From positions 49,602,001-49,666,000 of the forward strand of contig NC_086097.1 in assembly GCF_963921235.1 (NCBI RefSeq): a DNA stretch of 64,000 nt. Direction: 5' to 3'. This document shows, piece after piece, positions 26,480 through 40,619 of the stretch (position 1 is the stretch's first letter; every line of letters starts with the position of its first letter). The stretch comes from Mobula hypostoma (lineage: Eukaryota). The notes under the pieces were generated by a model, which saw nothing but the letters and a program-made list of their open reading frames with translations, searched no databases and had not been told where the DNA came from. The position numbers and the translations under genes are program-made.

Positions 26480-27870
26480 CGAATAGTCACAGAAAAGTAC
26501 AGCACAGAAACAGATACCTTTGGCCTATCTACTCTGTGCCGAACCATTAGAACTGCCTGCTCCCACTGACCTGCACCAGGACCATATCCCTCCATACCCC
26601 TACCATCCATGAACCTAACCAAACTTCTTTTAAATGTTGAAATTAAGCTTGCATGGACCACTTGTGCTTCCCGTTCATTCCACACTCTCATGACCCCCTG
26701 AATGAAGAAGTTTCCCTTCATGTTCCCCTTAAACTTTTCACCTTTCACCCTTAACCCATGACCTTAGCTTATTGTCCCACCCATCCTCAGTGGAAAAAGC
26801 TTGCTTGCGTTTACCCTATCTATACCCCTCATAATCTTGTATACCTCTATTAATTGTCCTCTCAATCTTCTACATTCCAAGGAATAAAGTCCTAACCTAT
26901 TCAATCTTTCCTTATAACTCAGGTCCTCCAGACCTGGAAACATCCCTGTAAATGTTCTCTGTACTCTTTCAACCTTACTTATATTTTTCCTGTAGTTAGG
27001 TGACTAAAACTGCACTCAATACTCCAAATTAGGCCTTAACAGTGTCTTACATGACTTTAACATAGCATCCCATTTCCTATACTCAGTACTTTGATTTGTG
27101 AAGGCCAATATGCCAAAAATTTTCTTTACAACATTATCTACCTGTGATGCCATTTTCAACGAATTATGTACTTTGTATTCCCCGATTCCTTTGTTCTACC
27201 GCACTCCTCAATGTCCTACCATTCACTGTGTAAGACTTTCCCTGTTTGGTCCTACTGAAACATGGAAACATAGAAAATAGGTGCAGGAGTAGGCCATTCG
27301 GTCCTTCGAGCCTGCACCGCCTTTTAGTATGATCATGGCTGCTCATCCAACTCAGAACCCTGTACCAGCCTTCCCTCCATACCCCCTGACCCCCGTAGCC
27401 ACAAGGGCCATATCTAACTCCCTCTTAAATATAGCCAATGAATTGGCCTCAACTGTTTCTTGTGGCAGAGAATTCCACAGATTCACCACTCTCTGTGTGA
27501 AGAAGTTTTTCCTAATCTCGGTCCTAAAAGGCTTCCCTTTTATCCTCAAACTGTGACCCCTCGTTCTGGAGTGCAAGACCTTGCACTTGTCTACATTAAA
27601 TGCCATCTGCCATTTTTCAGCCTATTTTCCAAGCTGGTCCAGATCACACTGCAAGCCACGATAGTCTTCAGCACTGTACACTGCACCCCCAATCTTGGTG
27701 TCATCCACATATTTGCTGATCCAGTTATCATCCAGACCACAACGGGCCCAGCACCAATTCCTGGGGCACTCCACTAGTCACAGGCCTACATTCTGAGAGG
27801 CAACCATCTACTACCACTCCTTGTCTTCTCCCACAAAGCCTAATCCAATTCACTACTTCATCTTCAGGTA
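26480..27870 (-). mobile_element. CR1 3' portion with a second CR1 3' end nested at ~27258-27570
   Basis: KGEKFKG..FFIQGVMRVWNE; RTRGHSLRIKG..FFTQRVVNLWNSLP; VTSGVPQ..LGPL. Confidence 0.85.
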
Positions 27871-30800
27871 GTAAAGTGGCTTTGGAGGGGAGGAGGGGTT
27901 GAAGGGTTATGGGCCAAACACAGGCAACTGGGACTAGCAGGGACTCATTGGGCCAAAGGGCCTGTTTCCTTGCCATAATACTCTATCATTCTATAACATC
28001 CTCAAGTTCAATGAATTAAATAGATGTAATACCCTCATTTAACAACTATCCCAAAATGTTAACTGGAGTTCAAAGAACCTGGGCAGAAAATGTGAAAGAA
28101 ATCACAGGATCATTGGATAGTTACAGTAGTCCAGCAGCAGGACTGAAGATGGGTGGATACCGGATAAACAACAAAATAAAATAGGCACTTAAGGGATCAG
28201 GTGGAAAACCAGCATACCAAGTCAAATACAGAATTATAAAAATTATGTTTGACAAAATTGCTATAGCTCTGTGGTGATGCGGCACAGGGAGTCAACAAAG
28301 AAGAATCTGTTGATGTAATTTTCAGAAGGTATTTGACAAGAGCTCATCATACTGAGATTAATGAGTAAGCATAGAAAGAAAACTGGTTATCACATAGAAG
28401 TGTCAGAATAAACAGGTTCTATTCAGGTTGGTAGGAAGTGAACAGTGGAGTGTTCCTCGAATATTTATAACTTACACTAGTAAATTGGAGCAGGAGGCAG
28501 ATTATAAGGTATCCCAGTTTGCTGATAACACAAAATAGATGGGAGCAAATACTGTAATGAGAACATTTGGATTTTGCGCAAGAATATCAATAGGTTGTAT
28601 GAGCAGACTAAAACAGCAAAATTTCATTGGGGGAAAGGACGAGGTCATACTCTTTGGTAAGAGGAATCCAAAGGCAGACTATTGTCTAAATGGAGAAAGA
28701 TTTTATGAGCGAATTGAAGAGGGATGTAGTTGAGAGGTGTGAACAAGATCAATGATAGCAGACAAGAACAGCAAGTGAGAAGGTAAAAGGCATATTGACA
28801 TTTATTGAAAACAAAGAATGGAGTCCGATTGAGCTTTGGGGCTCTGATCTTCGGTATTAGCACTCAGATTCCACTATGACTCATTGGCCCTTGTGCCTCT
28901 TGGGACCAACCGACCTGGGACAGCCCAATATCCACGGCACCTTTGTCACTTATCCACGTCATGCATTGGAGTGGAGGCCTGGACTCCAGATGTTCTCTGT
29001 CCGATGTCCGCATTACTGGTCTTTGAGCACAGAGGGAAAGTCCAAACTGAGGATATCCCTCCTCACCTGACAACATAACTGGCCTTCAAATGTTGAACAC
29101 AGAATGCAGAGCGGAGGCCTCAACTCTGGTCTAACCTCAAAATCCTCCACATCCCTGTCACTAAACCATAATCAGACATAATTAAAAGATTAGAGGGTGA
29201 TCATTTCAAACTGCCTCCAAGAGGGCCACAACCTTGTTGTGGTTTGAAGGCCTCAATAACCCAGGGAGGAAGTTGTCTGGGGTCAGGGCTTTATGTTTTG
29301 GCTCTCGGCAGGGTCACTTATGCCAAACAGGTCCAAGGGTGGAGGCCAGACTTAGACTGGTTCAGCATTCCTCCCGGTTCAGAGGTTCAGCTCAGGGCTA
29401 CAACCCCGACTGGTAAAATAAAATTGTTATGGAAACAGCAATGAAGAATCCTTCTATATCTGCATGTCTGACAGCAGTGAAAACTGAGAGAAAGCTACTG
29501 ACATGATGAAGGAAGTTCTGAACACTGCCAGAGATGGAAGACCTTCTTTACCGGCCTAAACAGCAGCGATGTAACGAGCAGTAAGTAAGTATTTCAAACT
29601 GAGGTGTGTAGGATCATGCAAAATCTCTGGGATTCTCTTTACAATTCTGCAGAATTGTAAAGGTTTGATCATTGGGGATTTTTAAAGATCAGAGAATTGA
29701 GGACTATGGGGAAATTGTGATAAAGAGGAATGGGGCAGACTGGCCACAATCATATGGAATGTGGACCAAGCTCCAGGGACTAACTAGCCTGCTTCTGCTC
29801 CAGCTTATGTACCTTTAATGTTCATATGCACGATGTGTGCAGACATCTGAAATTGATATCAACTTTGCAGCTGATGTCAAAGTTAGATGACACACAACTG
29901 ATGACAGGAGGAGCCCAAAGACCAGTTTTTAAAGATCCTGGAGGTAAAAGCACAGAGAAACCATTCCTGGAAATGATCTTTATATCAATATGGAGCTATG
30001 GAATGAATGAAATAGATTTTTGGACTATTGCAAAGTCCATGCTATTGTGAACAGGCATGAGAGTGGGGTTGAGGCTAAAATCAGATTACTCATGATCTTT
30101 AATGGGGAGATGAGCATGTTCAAGGGAACGTATAGCCAACTCCTGCTCCGATTTCATATGTTCTTTAGAGAGGCTTCATCATTAAATACAGAACCAGTGG
30201 ACTGCTGAAAAAGTGTCCTTCCTCATTATCAATTCATAAAGCAATAAAACTACCATCTACTTCAAAAAATGCATTTAGCAAGTATAAAGATCACTTCAGT
30301 TTTCAGTATAATTAATCATCTGACCTTTCTAATTAATAGTCAGAATCTGTTTGCATTTTGATGTAATACCCTAAGTTTAAAATCTTGGTGTTTTTTTTTA
30401 CATTCAGTAATTGACTCCCATTTATTAAGTTCAATTTAAGAATTTTTGTTTCATGCCTGAGATAGATTTTCTGAAATTGCCACAAGGCACTCAAAGTACT
30501 TTCAATGATCATTTTATAAGTGTTTTTAATTCTTAATAAGGGTTCTGCAGAAATGCAGAACGTATCTACCGGCAAGAATCTGAGCAGGTATTATGTTACT
30601 TCCAGGCAGGTCTATTTACAGCAGCTTCTGCCTGTATGATTCAAGTGTAGTGGCAGCTGGTTGTACAGCTGCCCCATATATGTAGAGGAGAAACACAGCT
30701 GCTTGCCTGCCAGAATTCCAGGAGCAGCACTAATCAACTCTGAAGACTAATCAGGACACTTTACTGCTCAGAAGATATCACACTGGAGCCGAAATGCCTG

Positions 30801-33800
30801 ATGACCTCATTGATGAATCTGAAACCTTAGCAATCATGTTAGAACTTACATGTAGGTTGTAGTTGATTAAAAGCCTTAACCAGCAGTAAGCTTTCCCTTC
30901 CTCCATTTTCAGGTGCTGGAGTACTGACTGCGCATTTTGTTATAAGTTCTACAGCTGTCATTTCACAGTTTCTCAAATCCCCACATAAAGTCCCTGGTCC
31001 ACAGTGTACTAACTAACCTTCACTGGCAGGGGCAGCTATTACATTGTACTGCACCACTTCACCTTGGTGAGAAGTCTTCACACAACATGCTCACTGGATG
31101 TACCACAAACCGGGCGAGAAGGCTGCACAGGAACCGGGCAGTGCACCTTCATACAGCAAAATCTTCTCCGAGGATCGTCACGTTCTTGTGGTAAAGAGGC
31201 TTGTGGGTTCCTGAGATCCCAGGAGTGATGCCGTCGGGAGGCAGGACTTCCCATGGAGGCAGGGTCAAGGGGGGAGGAACGAGACAAAGAGCGATCCAAC
31301 CAAGACCCCAGCAGCAGAGCTGGCGGAAGATGATGACACATTACCACGGCGGTGAAAGTGGAGGCTGGCTGCAGCAGGGAAGGGTCCCCAGCTCTGTTGC
31401 ACTTCATGCTGCTGAACCACGACCTGGACAGGCCAAAGACCATGAAGTAGCTGTTCAAGAATCAGCCTTCCCATGTTAGACAAAGTCACACAGGTGTTTT
31501 CCCCACTTACGGCAACCCCGTAGGAGAACATCGCACTCGACTCGAGCAATTGCACTGCCACTGCAGTAAGGTATGGAATATTAAAAAAATCCAAATTCTG
31601 AAAGTGGTTATCATTGACAAAAACCACTTGGACACGATGAAAATAATGCTTCAAACTCTCATTTTTAAAATAAGTACTGTTTAAATATAAACATGGGTTT
31701 CAGCGGTAACCAGCAACCTTCTTCTGAAGTGGCTCGGGGGAAGAGTCCGCTATTGCATACTGGGGGCATTAAGTACCACTGGACACTGTGTGTTTAATAG
31801 ATACACACTAAACATTTTTAGGGTTTCCTTTCCCAAAGTTCATATTGGGCATTATGTTCTGGTCCACAGTGTACTCGCTAATCTTTACTAATAAACGGGG
31901 CAGTTATTATATGGTTACAGGTTCCTCATCCTTGGTTACAATGGAGAGCAATAAATTGTTAATCTACATATTTACAGGTATACAGTTTGTTTCTGTTGAT
32001 GACACCTGGCGTCATCCTCAGAAATCAACTTAAGCAAGGGAAAGGAGCCACAACTTTTCTACCGATCCACGTTAAAGTGGTTAATAGAGGGAGAATGCAA
32101 GAAATCGTCCTTCATTTACAGCTGCCAGGATCAAGGGCACTTGGATTATCATATGAGACACAGAATGCATTGGGATAAAACACTGGGCAGGTAGTCAGTC
32201 ACGTTATAATGATGTCGCCACATACTTCCCTAGCTTCAACGTTGACTATTGGTTCTTATCATCACAACCATGTACTCACCTTTTAATTTCAAGTCATACT
32301 TAACAACTGTCACTTTCCATCTTACCACCCTCCAAAGTTATCAATATTCAACCTTAATGCACAGGACCGCTGCCTTTTTTGCCCCCCTCCAGCAAAGAAT
32401 TCGCTCTGCTGCACGTGTCATAGTCCTCTCCTGCAGTCCAGTCATGCACACTTCCAGCATCAATGCGACTCCCAAGTTGCCAAGCCCCACTCCGGCCCAC
32501 AAATCTGGGATAAACCACGGACCTCTAAGGCATTTATTGGAAGGGGAAGGTGGAATGTGTGAAGTTGTTTTCAGTTCCCCAGCATCTTCAGGTTTTACAC
32601 ATTTTATGGAGGTGGCATCAATAAAAGTAAAATAAAATCACCTGTTGCTCTTTAAATAACTCAGCTGCAAAAATAAAGGAAGTCTGATGGTATCTGCAGA
32701 ATGCCCACACCACATCCCCATTTGTGAATTTATTCTAAAACAATATGAAGAAAGCTAAAGCCTGTAAAAGTGACACTGGGATATCACACGGACAATAATG
32801 GGCAGCTGTTTAACGTAACTTACAAGAGAAACCAAGGCAGCTATAAATATTGAAGTCTTTGATAAGTAGAAGCTCACATTTCCAAGATACTACCAGGCCC
32901 CTAACCAAATTCCAGCATGCAGCTAAAAACAACTATATAACAACTGTGTAAACAGAGGCTACTACTCAACGTTCCAGTAGCCAAGTCAAAAGATGACTAA
33001 TACAAGGAATATATCTACCTTTTAAGCTTGAGGGTTAGCCATCAGAAAATTCCAAATGCTTTAGTAAACTCTTCTGAATTGTAAATAGACATGTCAGCAG
33101 AAACTTCTTCATCTGAACAAACTCCACGCTTTTAAAACAACTTTCTTTTCCCTAAGCACCCCAGTAATCTCTTTATGGCCAGCTTCTACCCACCTTCATA
33201 ATGGATTTATATCTATATTTCAGGCAATTATAAATTAATCATTCAGAACTGCTTGGACTTTAAAAAAGGTGGAAGGAAACATTACTGAATGTTCAGTTTT
33301 ATTACCTGTACATCTGAACTTTGTAATTTCTTTACTCAATGTTTCCTAATCACGTTGTAAAGATTTAATAGAATACTGTTACAGCTGTATATAGTGAAAT
33401 GAGCTGTATTTATAATAATTATGTTTTAAGTTTGAACCAACAGTCTAAATTTACAAAACTTTCTTAATTTAAAATCAAGAGATACATCCTTTATCAAATT
33501 ATCTCCCTGGAGAATTAAATAAATCGATATTATACAAGTGAGATTCAAAATTTGCTAAATTTTCCTCATCTTATTCTGACCAAGCTGCCTACTTGCTCTA
33601 AGTTGCACCAACCTGTGTTTGGCCCATGTCACTCTAAACCTGTCCTATCCCTGTACCTATCCAAATGTAAATACTTCAAAGTTAGTCTAAAAACTAATAT
33701 TGTTTCAATAATGCCACTTTTAAGAGGTACGAAAGAAGTGTAGGAAATCTGTTTATTTTTGAAATTGAGTCAAAGTTGTGCACACTGAAGAAGGTTTGAA

Positions 33801-35643
33801 AAGATTATGTAACACACCATAAGGCAAAATCCTGGTAGGTCCTTTCCTTGAACCAAATCTTCTAAAACATCCCAGCCATCGATAACAGGAAAGTATTTCA
33901 AATGTGGGAGAAATTTAAAAAAAACAGAAAATCTCCAAGAGTTACAGAAGTGATACTTCTTTCATAGATGCAAATCCCACAACCCCAGGGTGGTCTGTTC
34001 AAAATTAACCTTGTGTCTAATAAAGTCCCATGGTTAAAAGATGAGGAAGTATAAAAGATGAGAACTAAGTAAGTTGGTATTTACAAAGGAAAATTTGACA
34101 AGTAATTTAAGGACGTTGAATGGAAGTTTGAAATATATTCTAAAACTAATTCCCATCACATGTTCAATCCTAAAGGACTTGTACAGCAGCTTACACAGAC
34201 TCAGGACAATCTAACACATTTAACTATCAATAAGAGAGCAACAAATAGGAACACGAGTAAGCCATATGGCTCTTAAGCTTGTTCTGCTGTTTCACAAGAT
34301 CAAGGCTGATGCGATATTTGACCTTAACTCTGTTTTCATACCAAAACCCCACAAACCTCAAATCCCCTGTGGTCCAAAAATCCAGTATAATGTTGAAAAT
34401 ACTTAAAGACTCAGTATTGTTAGTGCTCCTGGGTAGAAAACTCCAGATTTTTACAATCCACAATAAGAAATTCCTCCTGCACTTGCTCTTAAACGATCAA
34501 TTGTCTATTGTAAGACTGGGGGTCCCAGTTCTGTTTTCTTCATCAAGTGAAGTATTATCTCATTATTGACCCCATCAAGCCTCTCACTCTCCCAAACTCC
34601 AAGCATTATAAACCCATCCTACTCAATCTTTCCGCCAGGACTAAACCCTCTCTCCAATAGTCAGCTTAATAAACTTTTCCCATACGGACTCTGAATAAAG
34701 GATATCCTGCTTTAAAATAAAATAGATCAAAACTATACAGAGATGTGGCCAGTAATATAATCTCAAGATTTGCTCACCTGTACTCTCTACCACCTTTGCC
34801 ACAAATGTCAACTTTCTATTTGCCGCATTAATTACCTGCTACACAGGCCATAACATTCAATCTGTCATTTGCCAAATTTTCACCAGACAACATTGGCCAC
34901 AACACCTGTTGCGTGGTGAACTCCCACTGACCCTACCAAATCTGCAGATTAGCATTCTCCCTGCTTGATTCCCCTCTATTTTAATGACTACAAAAAAAAT
35001 CGTGATACCATCTGCAGTTTTTAAGAGAGCTACTACATGAGTAACCCCAAACAATCTGGAAACCCTTGCTGAAACCTCTCAATTAATGCAACGGTGATGA
35101 TGGATGCCCTGAATAGTGTTTTTGGAGCACTGGGTCACCTGCGTGTTGTGAAATTACTGCAGCACTGGTAAATAAATATGTGGCCAAACTGAACAAGGAA
35201 CCAACTGAAAATGGGTTGCAACTTCTTTCATAGTAATTATACTACATATAATGTTTATCTAATCCTAGGAAGGGTCTTGGCTCAAAAGACAACCGTTTCT
35301 CTGCCTCCATTGATGCTGTCTGGCCCATTGAGTTTGTCCAGAAGTTTATTTTTGCTCCAGATTCCAGCATCCCTCTTGTGTCTCTTTTCGCAGCATTGTC
35401 GAATTTCTTGTGCTAATAATATATGACACAATAAAGAAGAAAAACAATATATATGTAAAAAAACAAATCACAGGACAAGGCAGCAGGAGGCAAGTTAAGG
35501 CTGCGCAATATACTGACCAGATTACACTGAGAATATAATACCAAAACATGGGCAAGAGTTCAAGAAGGAGGCACATATTCATTCTAAATGGAAAGAAGAG
35601 CCATTATGAAAAATAAAAGAAACACAAAACCTGTAGTTTATTT

Positions 35644-35722
35644 CAGGGGTTTCCAACCCGGGCTCCACAGACTCCTTGCTTAATGGCATTAGTCCATGGA
35701 AAAAAAAGGTTGGGAACCCCTG
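35644..35722. mobile_element. 79-bp hAT-type MITE
   Basis: 15-bp TIRs caggggtttccaacc / ggttgggaacccctg (1 mismatch); 8-bp TSD gtttattt / gtatattt. Confidence 0.8.
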
Positions 35723-35829
35723 GTATATTTGAAGGTGATCCTTGTGGAATGTGGAGGCCCTTGCACAGATGATCACATCACAATGAAGAGCATTGGTATT
35801 TAGCCCTGATGAAAAGCCATTTTAAAACA

Positions 35830-37290
35830 GAATCAGGTTTAATTTCATTGGCATATGTTATTGAATTGTTGGACCAGTACATTACAATACATAACAATTC
35901 TAAAAACTATCATTTACAATAAGAAGTATATATAAACAAATTAAATCACGTAAGCAGTGCAAAAAGCAAAGAAAAGACAGTGAGGTAGTGTTCATGGATT
36001 CATTGTCCATTCAGAAATTTGAAGGCGGAGGGGAAGAAGTTGTTCATGAAATGTTGAGTGTGTCACTTTAGGCTCCTATACCTTCTTCTCAATGGCAGAA
36101 ATGAGAAGAGAGCATGCCCTGGGTGATAATGGACACCACCTTCTCGAGGCATCATCTTTTGAAGGAGTAATTGAAGCTGGGGAGGCGAGTGGCCATAATA
36201 GACTTGGCTATGTTTACAACTTTCTGCAGCTTTTTCCAATCCTCTGCAGTGGCCCCTCCGTACCAGATGGTGATGCAACTAGTTATAACGCTCTGCACGG
36301 TGCACCTGTAGAAATTTGCGAGTCTTCAGTGACATACCAAGTCTCCTTAAACTCCTATTGAAATAGAGCTGCTGTCCGGTCTTCTATGTAATTGTATTAA
36401 TACATTCGATCCAGGATAGATCTTCAGAGATGTTGACACCCAGGATCTTGAAACTGCTCACCCTTTCCTCTGCTAACCCCCTGATGAGGACTGGTGCATG
36501 TTCCCTCAATTAACCCTTCCTGAAGTCCACAATCAATTCCTTGGTCTTACTGACATTGCCTGCAAGGTTGTTGTTGCCACATCACTCAACCAGCTGATCT
36601 ATCTCACTCCTGTCTGCCTCCTTGTCAGTATCTGAAATTCTGCCAACAATAGTTGTGTCAATGGCAAATTTATAGCTGGGGTTTGAGCTGTGCTGTTACA
36701 ACATGCATCCATCCATGCCAGCTTCCGAGGTTCAGATGCTCCAACTCCCCAGAGTATGGATAGTTGTCACAGCCCCTTTATAAAGTCAGGACAGTCCCAC
36801 TAAGTGGCAATCATGTTTTGGGTGCCAAGGATTGAACATTTTAAGGAGCACCTGAACTGAGGTTTGGTGCTCAATTTTAAGCCTACTCATGATTTTGTCT
36901 TTTGTTTGTTTTGTGCCCCGATTCTCGATCCAGGTTGAAACCATGTCGTGATCCTAGCCTCCAGCATCTGGGTCCGAGCCATCCTCATCTAGGACTCTTG
37001 TCACATGTGCCTTGCCACATTATCGTGGGTGTAGAGAGAATAGAGCAGCGGACCAAGCACATATCTTTGAGGTGTGCCAGTGATGATTATCAGTGAGGTG
37101 TTATTTCCGATCTGCACAAACTGTTGTCTCCTGGTGAGAAAGTCAAGGATCCAGCTGCAGAGCGAAGTACAGAGGCCCAGGCTTTGGAGCTTGTTGACTA
37201 GAACTGATGGTACGATTGTGTTGAATGCTATTGTCTAGGTGATCCAAGGCCGAGTGACAAGCCAGTGAGATTGCATCTGCTGTAGTCTTG
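35830..37290 (-). mobile_element. Rex1/Babar-like LINE 3' portion (degenerate, interrupted)
   Basis: HPGHALFSFLPLRRRYRSL C-terminal motif; antisense RT remnants (FNTI, FKILGVNI). Confidence 0.7.
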
Positions 37291-37884
37291 GCAATAGATT
37301 AATTATTAGACAGTAGTCAGTAATTATTAGTTTTACAGCCAGTTTAGCTGTGGTTATATACCTATGTCGATTTCTTTAGTCAAAAAATTGATAGAATACA
37401 TGTTAATCGGTTAACAAGGTCAAAAGACATGAGTTGCAGAAGAATTGTAGAGCTTTCATCACATCCTAAGTCCCAAGCTGAGCCAGATCCTTTCCATCCC
37501 TCAGTCTCCCTCAGCTCTTCCAGCTGTGCCAGGACATTTCAAAGATGGGTCCTTGGAGACAGAGGCTGACCAAGAAACATCCTCCCTACCCACGCCCCAC
37601 CCCCCAACTCAGGATTCCTCCTCCATTGGGAGACAGGTGGGTGGAGTGTGGAGGTTGGTGGAGGTCAACTGAGTGATGCACAAGACACATTTCCTGAAAC
37701 CATGATGCATCTCTTTCTGGGTGCATCATCGCTTGGTATGGCAACCGCTCTGCTCATGACCACCGGAAACTGCAGAGTTCTGAATTAAGTGCAGCACATC
37801 ACAAAAACCAGCCTCCCCTCTACAGACCCTGTCTGTACTTCTCGCTGTCTCATTAAGGCAGCCAGTATAATCAAAGACACCGCT

Positions 37885-38705
37885 CTTGTGTGTTCATCAT
37901 GCCTGATGTTGAAGTCCTGGGTGACCCAGAGCCTCCCAGGGAACAACATCTGCGTGAAGTGCATCCGGCTACAGCTCCCTGAAGACCGTGTTAGGGATCT
38001 GGAGCAGCAGCTGGATGACCTTCGACTTGTACAGGAGAGTGAGGAGATCATCAATCAGAGTTACAGAGAAGTAGTTACCCCTAAGTTGCAGGAGGCAAGT
38101 AGCTGGGTGACTGTCAGGAGAAGGAATGGGACAGTGAATAGGCAGTTAGTGCAGGGCACCCCTGTAGCCATCCTCTCAATAATAAATACACCGTTTTGGA
38201 TACTGTTGCGGAGCATGGCCTCCCAGGGGAATGCCATGGAGACCAGGTTACAGGCACTGAGCATAGGTCAGTGGTGGAGAAGAGGGGAGCGGTAGTCATA
38301 GGGGATTCATTGATCAGAGGAACAGACAGGAAATTCTGTGGACGTGAATGGGACACTTGGATCGTATGTTGCCTCCCAGGTGCCTGGGTCAGGGGCATTT
38401 TGGATTGCGTTCACAGAATTTTGGAGGGTGAGGAGGAGCAGCCAGATGTCTTGGTACATATTAGTACCAATGACATAGGAAGGAAAAGCAAAGAGGCCCT
38501 AAACAGAGAATTTAGAGAGCTTGGTAGAAAGCTGAGAAGCAGGACCTCCAGGGTAGTAATTTCTGGATTGCTGCCTGTGCCATGTGCCATTGAGGGTAGA
38601 AACAGGATGATTTGGCAGACATTTATGTGACTGAAAAGCTGGTGAAGGGGGCAGGGCTTCAGGTTCTTGGGTCATTGGGATCTCTTCTGGGGGAAGTATG
38701 ACCTG
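37885..38705 (+). mobile_element. CR1 ORF1 fragment (Zn-finger, coiled coil, esterase-like domain)
   Basis: CSSC..CVKC, RVRDLEQQLDDL, VVIGDSLIRG, CLPGA, ISTND. Confidence 0.85.
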
Positions 38706-38719
38706 TCTCTAATGTTTCT

Positions 38720-40160
38720 GCTTCTAGCATCACCCCAGACAGGGTATTCCAGACACCCACCACTCTGCGTGTAAAAAAAAACTTGCCCCTCACATCTCCT
38801 TTCAGATTATCCCCCTCTTACCTTAAATACATGTCCTCCAGTATTAGACATTTCAACCCTTGGAAAAAGATATTTTATCAATCTACCCTATCTAGGCCTC
38901 TCATTATCTTATAACCTCTATCAGATTTCCCCTCAGCCTCCGCTGCTCCAGAGAAAATTAACCCAACCCAAGTTCCTCCAACCTCTTGTTATAGCACATG
39001 CCTGTAACATTCTGGTAAACCTCTTCTGCACCCTCTCCAAAGCCTCAACACCTTTTCTATAATGAAGCAACCAGAACTGTATACAATACTCCAGATGTGG
39101 CCTAGCTAGAGTTTTATAAAGCAGTAACATAACTTCTTGACCTTTGAACTCGGTGCAAGCATGCCAGAAGCCTTTTTAATCACCCTATCAACTGTGTAGC
39201 CACTTTCAGAGAGCTATGGACATGTATCCCAAGATCCATCAGCTCGTTAACACGAGCCTGTAACAGTGACTCTTTGCATTTGACCTATCACATGTGCAAC
39301 ACTTCGCATTTGGCAGGGCTAAACACCATCTGCCATTTCTCCACCCACATCTGCAACTGATCTATGTCCTGCTGTATTTTTTGCCAGTCTTCCACAACTC
39401 CACCAATATTTGTACCATCTGCAGACTTACTAACCCACCAATCTACATTTTCATCCAGGTCATTTATCTACATCACAAACAGCAAAGGTCCCACTACATA
39501 TCCCTGCAGAACACCACTAATCACAGACCCCTCCAACTGGAATAAGTCCCTTCGACAATGACCTATGTCTTCTATGGGCATGCCAGTTCGGAATCCAAAT
39601 GGTCAATTCACCATGGATCCTATGCATCAAAACCCTGGGACATTAAGCACCCATTCCTACTCCTCTCTCCACTAAATCTCTGTAGTGGTCACAACATCAC
39701 AGTTCCATGCTCTAAGTTAATCACTTTTACCCATAATGCTCCTAGCATTAAAATACACATACTTCAAACTATCCGTCCCTTCCTATCTTTTACTTTGCCC
39801 CTACCTGTCCTTCCTCTCCCTCCCTCCACTTTCAGACCTGATGCTTTGGTTCCCATTCCCCTGCCAACGAGTTTAAATCCTACTGAGTAGCACTAGCGAA
39901 ACTCCCAGCAGGGACATTGATTGCCCTCTGGTTTAGATGTAACTCGTCACTCTTGAACAGGTCACACCTGCCCCAGAAAAGATTCCAATTATCCAAGAAC
40001 CTGAAACCCTGTCCCCTACATCAGTTCCTCAACCATTCATTCATCTGTACTGTATCCTATCCCTGCCCTGACTAGCACATGGCACTGGGAGTCATCCAGA
40101 TTACTACCAATGTGCACCATGACCTCTGGCTGCTCACATCCTCTCTTGAGATAATTTTAT
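38720..40160 (-). mobile_element. CR1 fragments (RT/3' part and ORF1-EN junction)
   Basis: LYKTLARPHLEYCIQFW..ALERVQKRFTRML (38933-39130). Confidence 0.8.
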
Positions 40161-40503
40161 CTCTCTGAGACATCCTGACCATAGCACTTTCATTATCCTT
40201 TACCAAGTTACTAATAACACAAGCAATCTCACACATCCACAGACAAATCCCGACAGGTCCCACTCACTTTTTAAAACTGGCGCATAAAGTCCACAACAAA
40301 CTGTCTCCAACTCACTCCAGGATCACCTGCTCCACAGAATTTAATGTTCTTCAATATTTGGATTGATAGCTTCAACAGATAGTGTTTAATTTTACAAAGA
40401 GAGATTTACCTTACCATTCCAACACATCTGAAAATAGCACGATTAACATTTTACTGTAGCTGACAACTGATGGTATATCCAGATTGCAGGACACCCTTCC
40501 TTC

Positions 40504-40619
40504 CTTAGGATCTCGATACACCACACACTTCCCCGTGAATGAAGATAATCCAAAGCAGAGATAATCTCTGCTCCATAGAAATGAGTGTGATCCTCAGAAG
40601 AGATGTGCTCTTGTGACAA
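40504..40619 (-). pseudogene. AKT: AKT pseudo-exon: alphaD-alphaE and catalytic loop
   Basis: [28 protein letters not shown](+2 fs)GKCVVYRDPK vs LSRERVFSEDR(A/T)[26 protein letters not shown]. Donor GT changed to GA. Confidence 0.95.

Noticed and set aside
32280..32325. Minus-strand VTVVK..K-G|gtgagt resembling the first AKT coding exon
   Set aside because: It lies downstream of the kinase exons (wrong order), lacks the EGW motif, and the similarity is too short.
35725..35800. CARASTFHKDH (minus) like AKT CGRLPFYNQDH, and AQMIT (plus) like the AKT C-tail
   Set aside because: Too few identities, no splice sites, and the two matches are on opposite strands; chance cannot be excluded.
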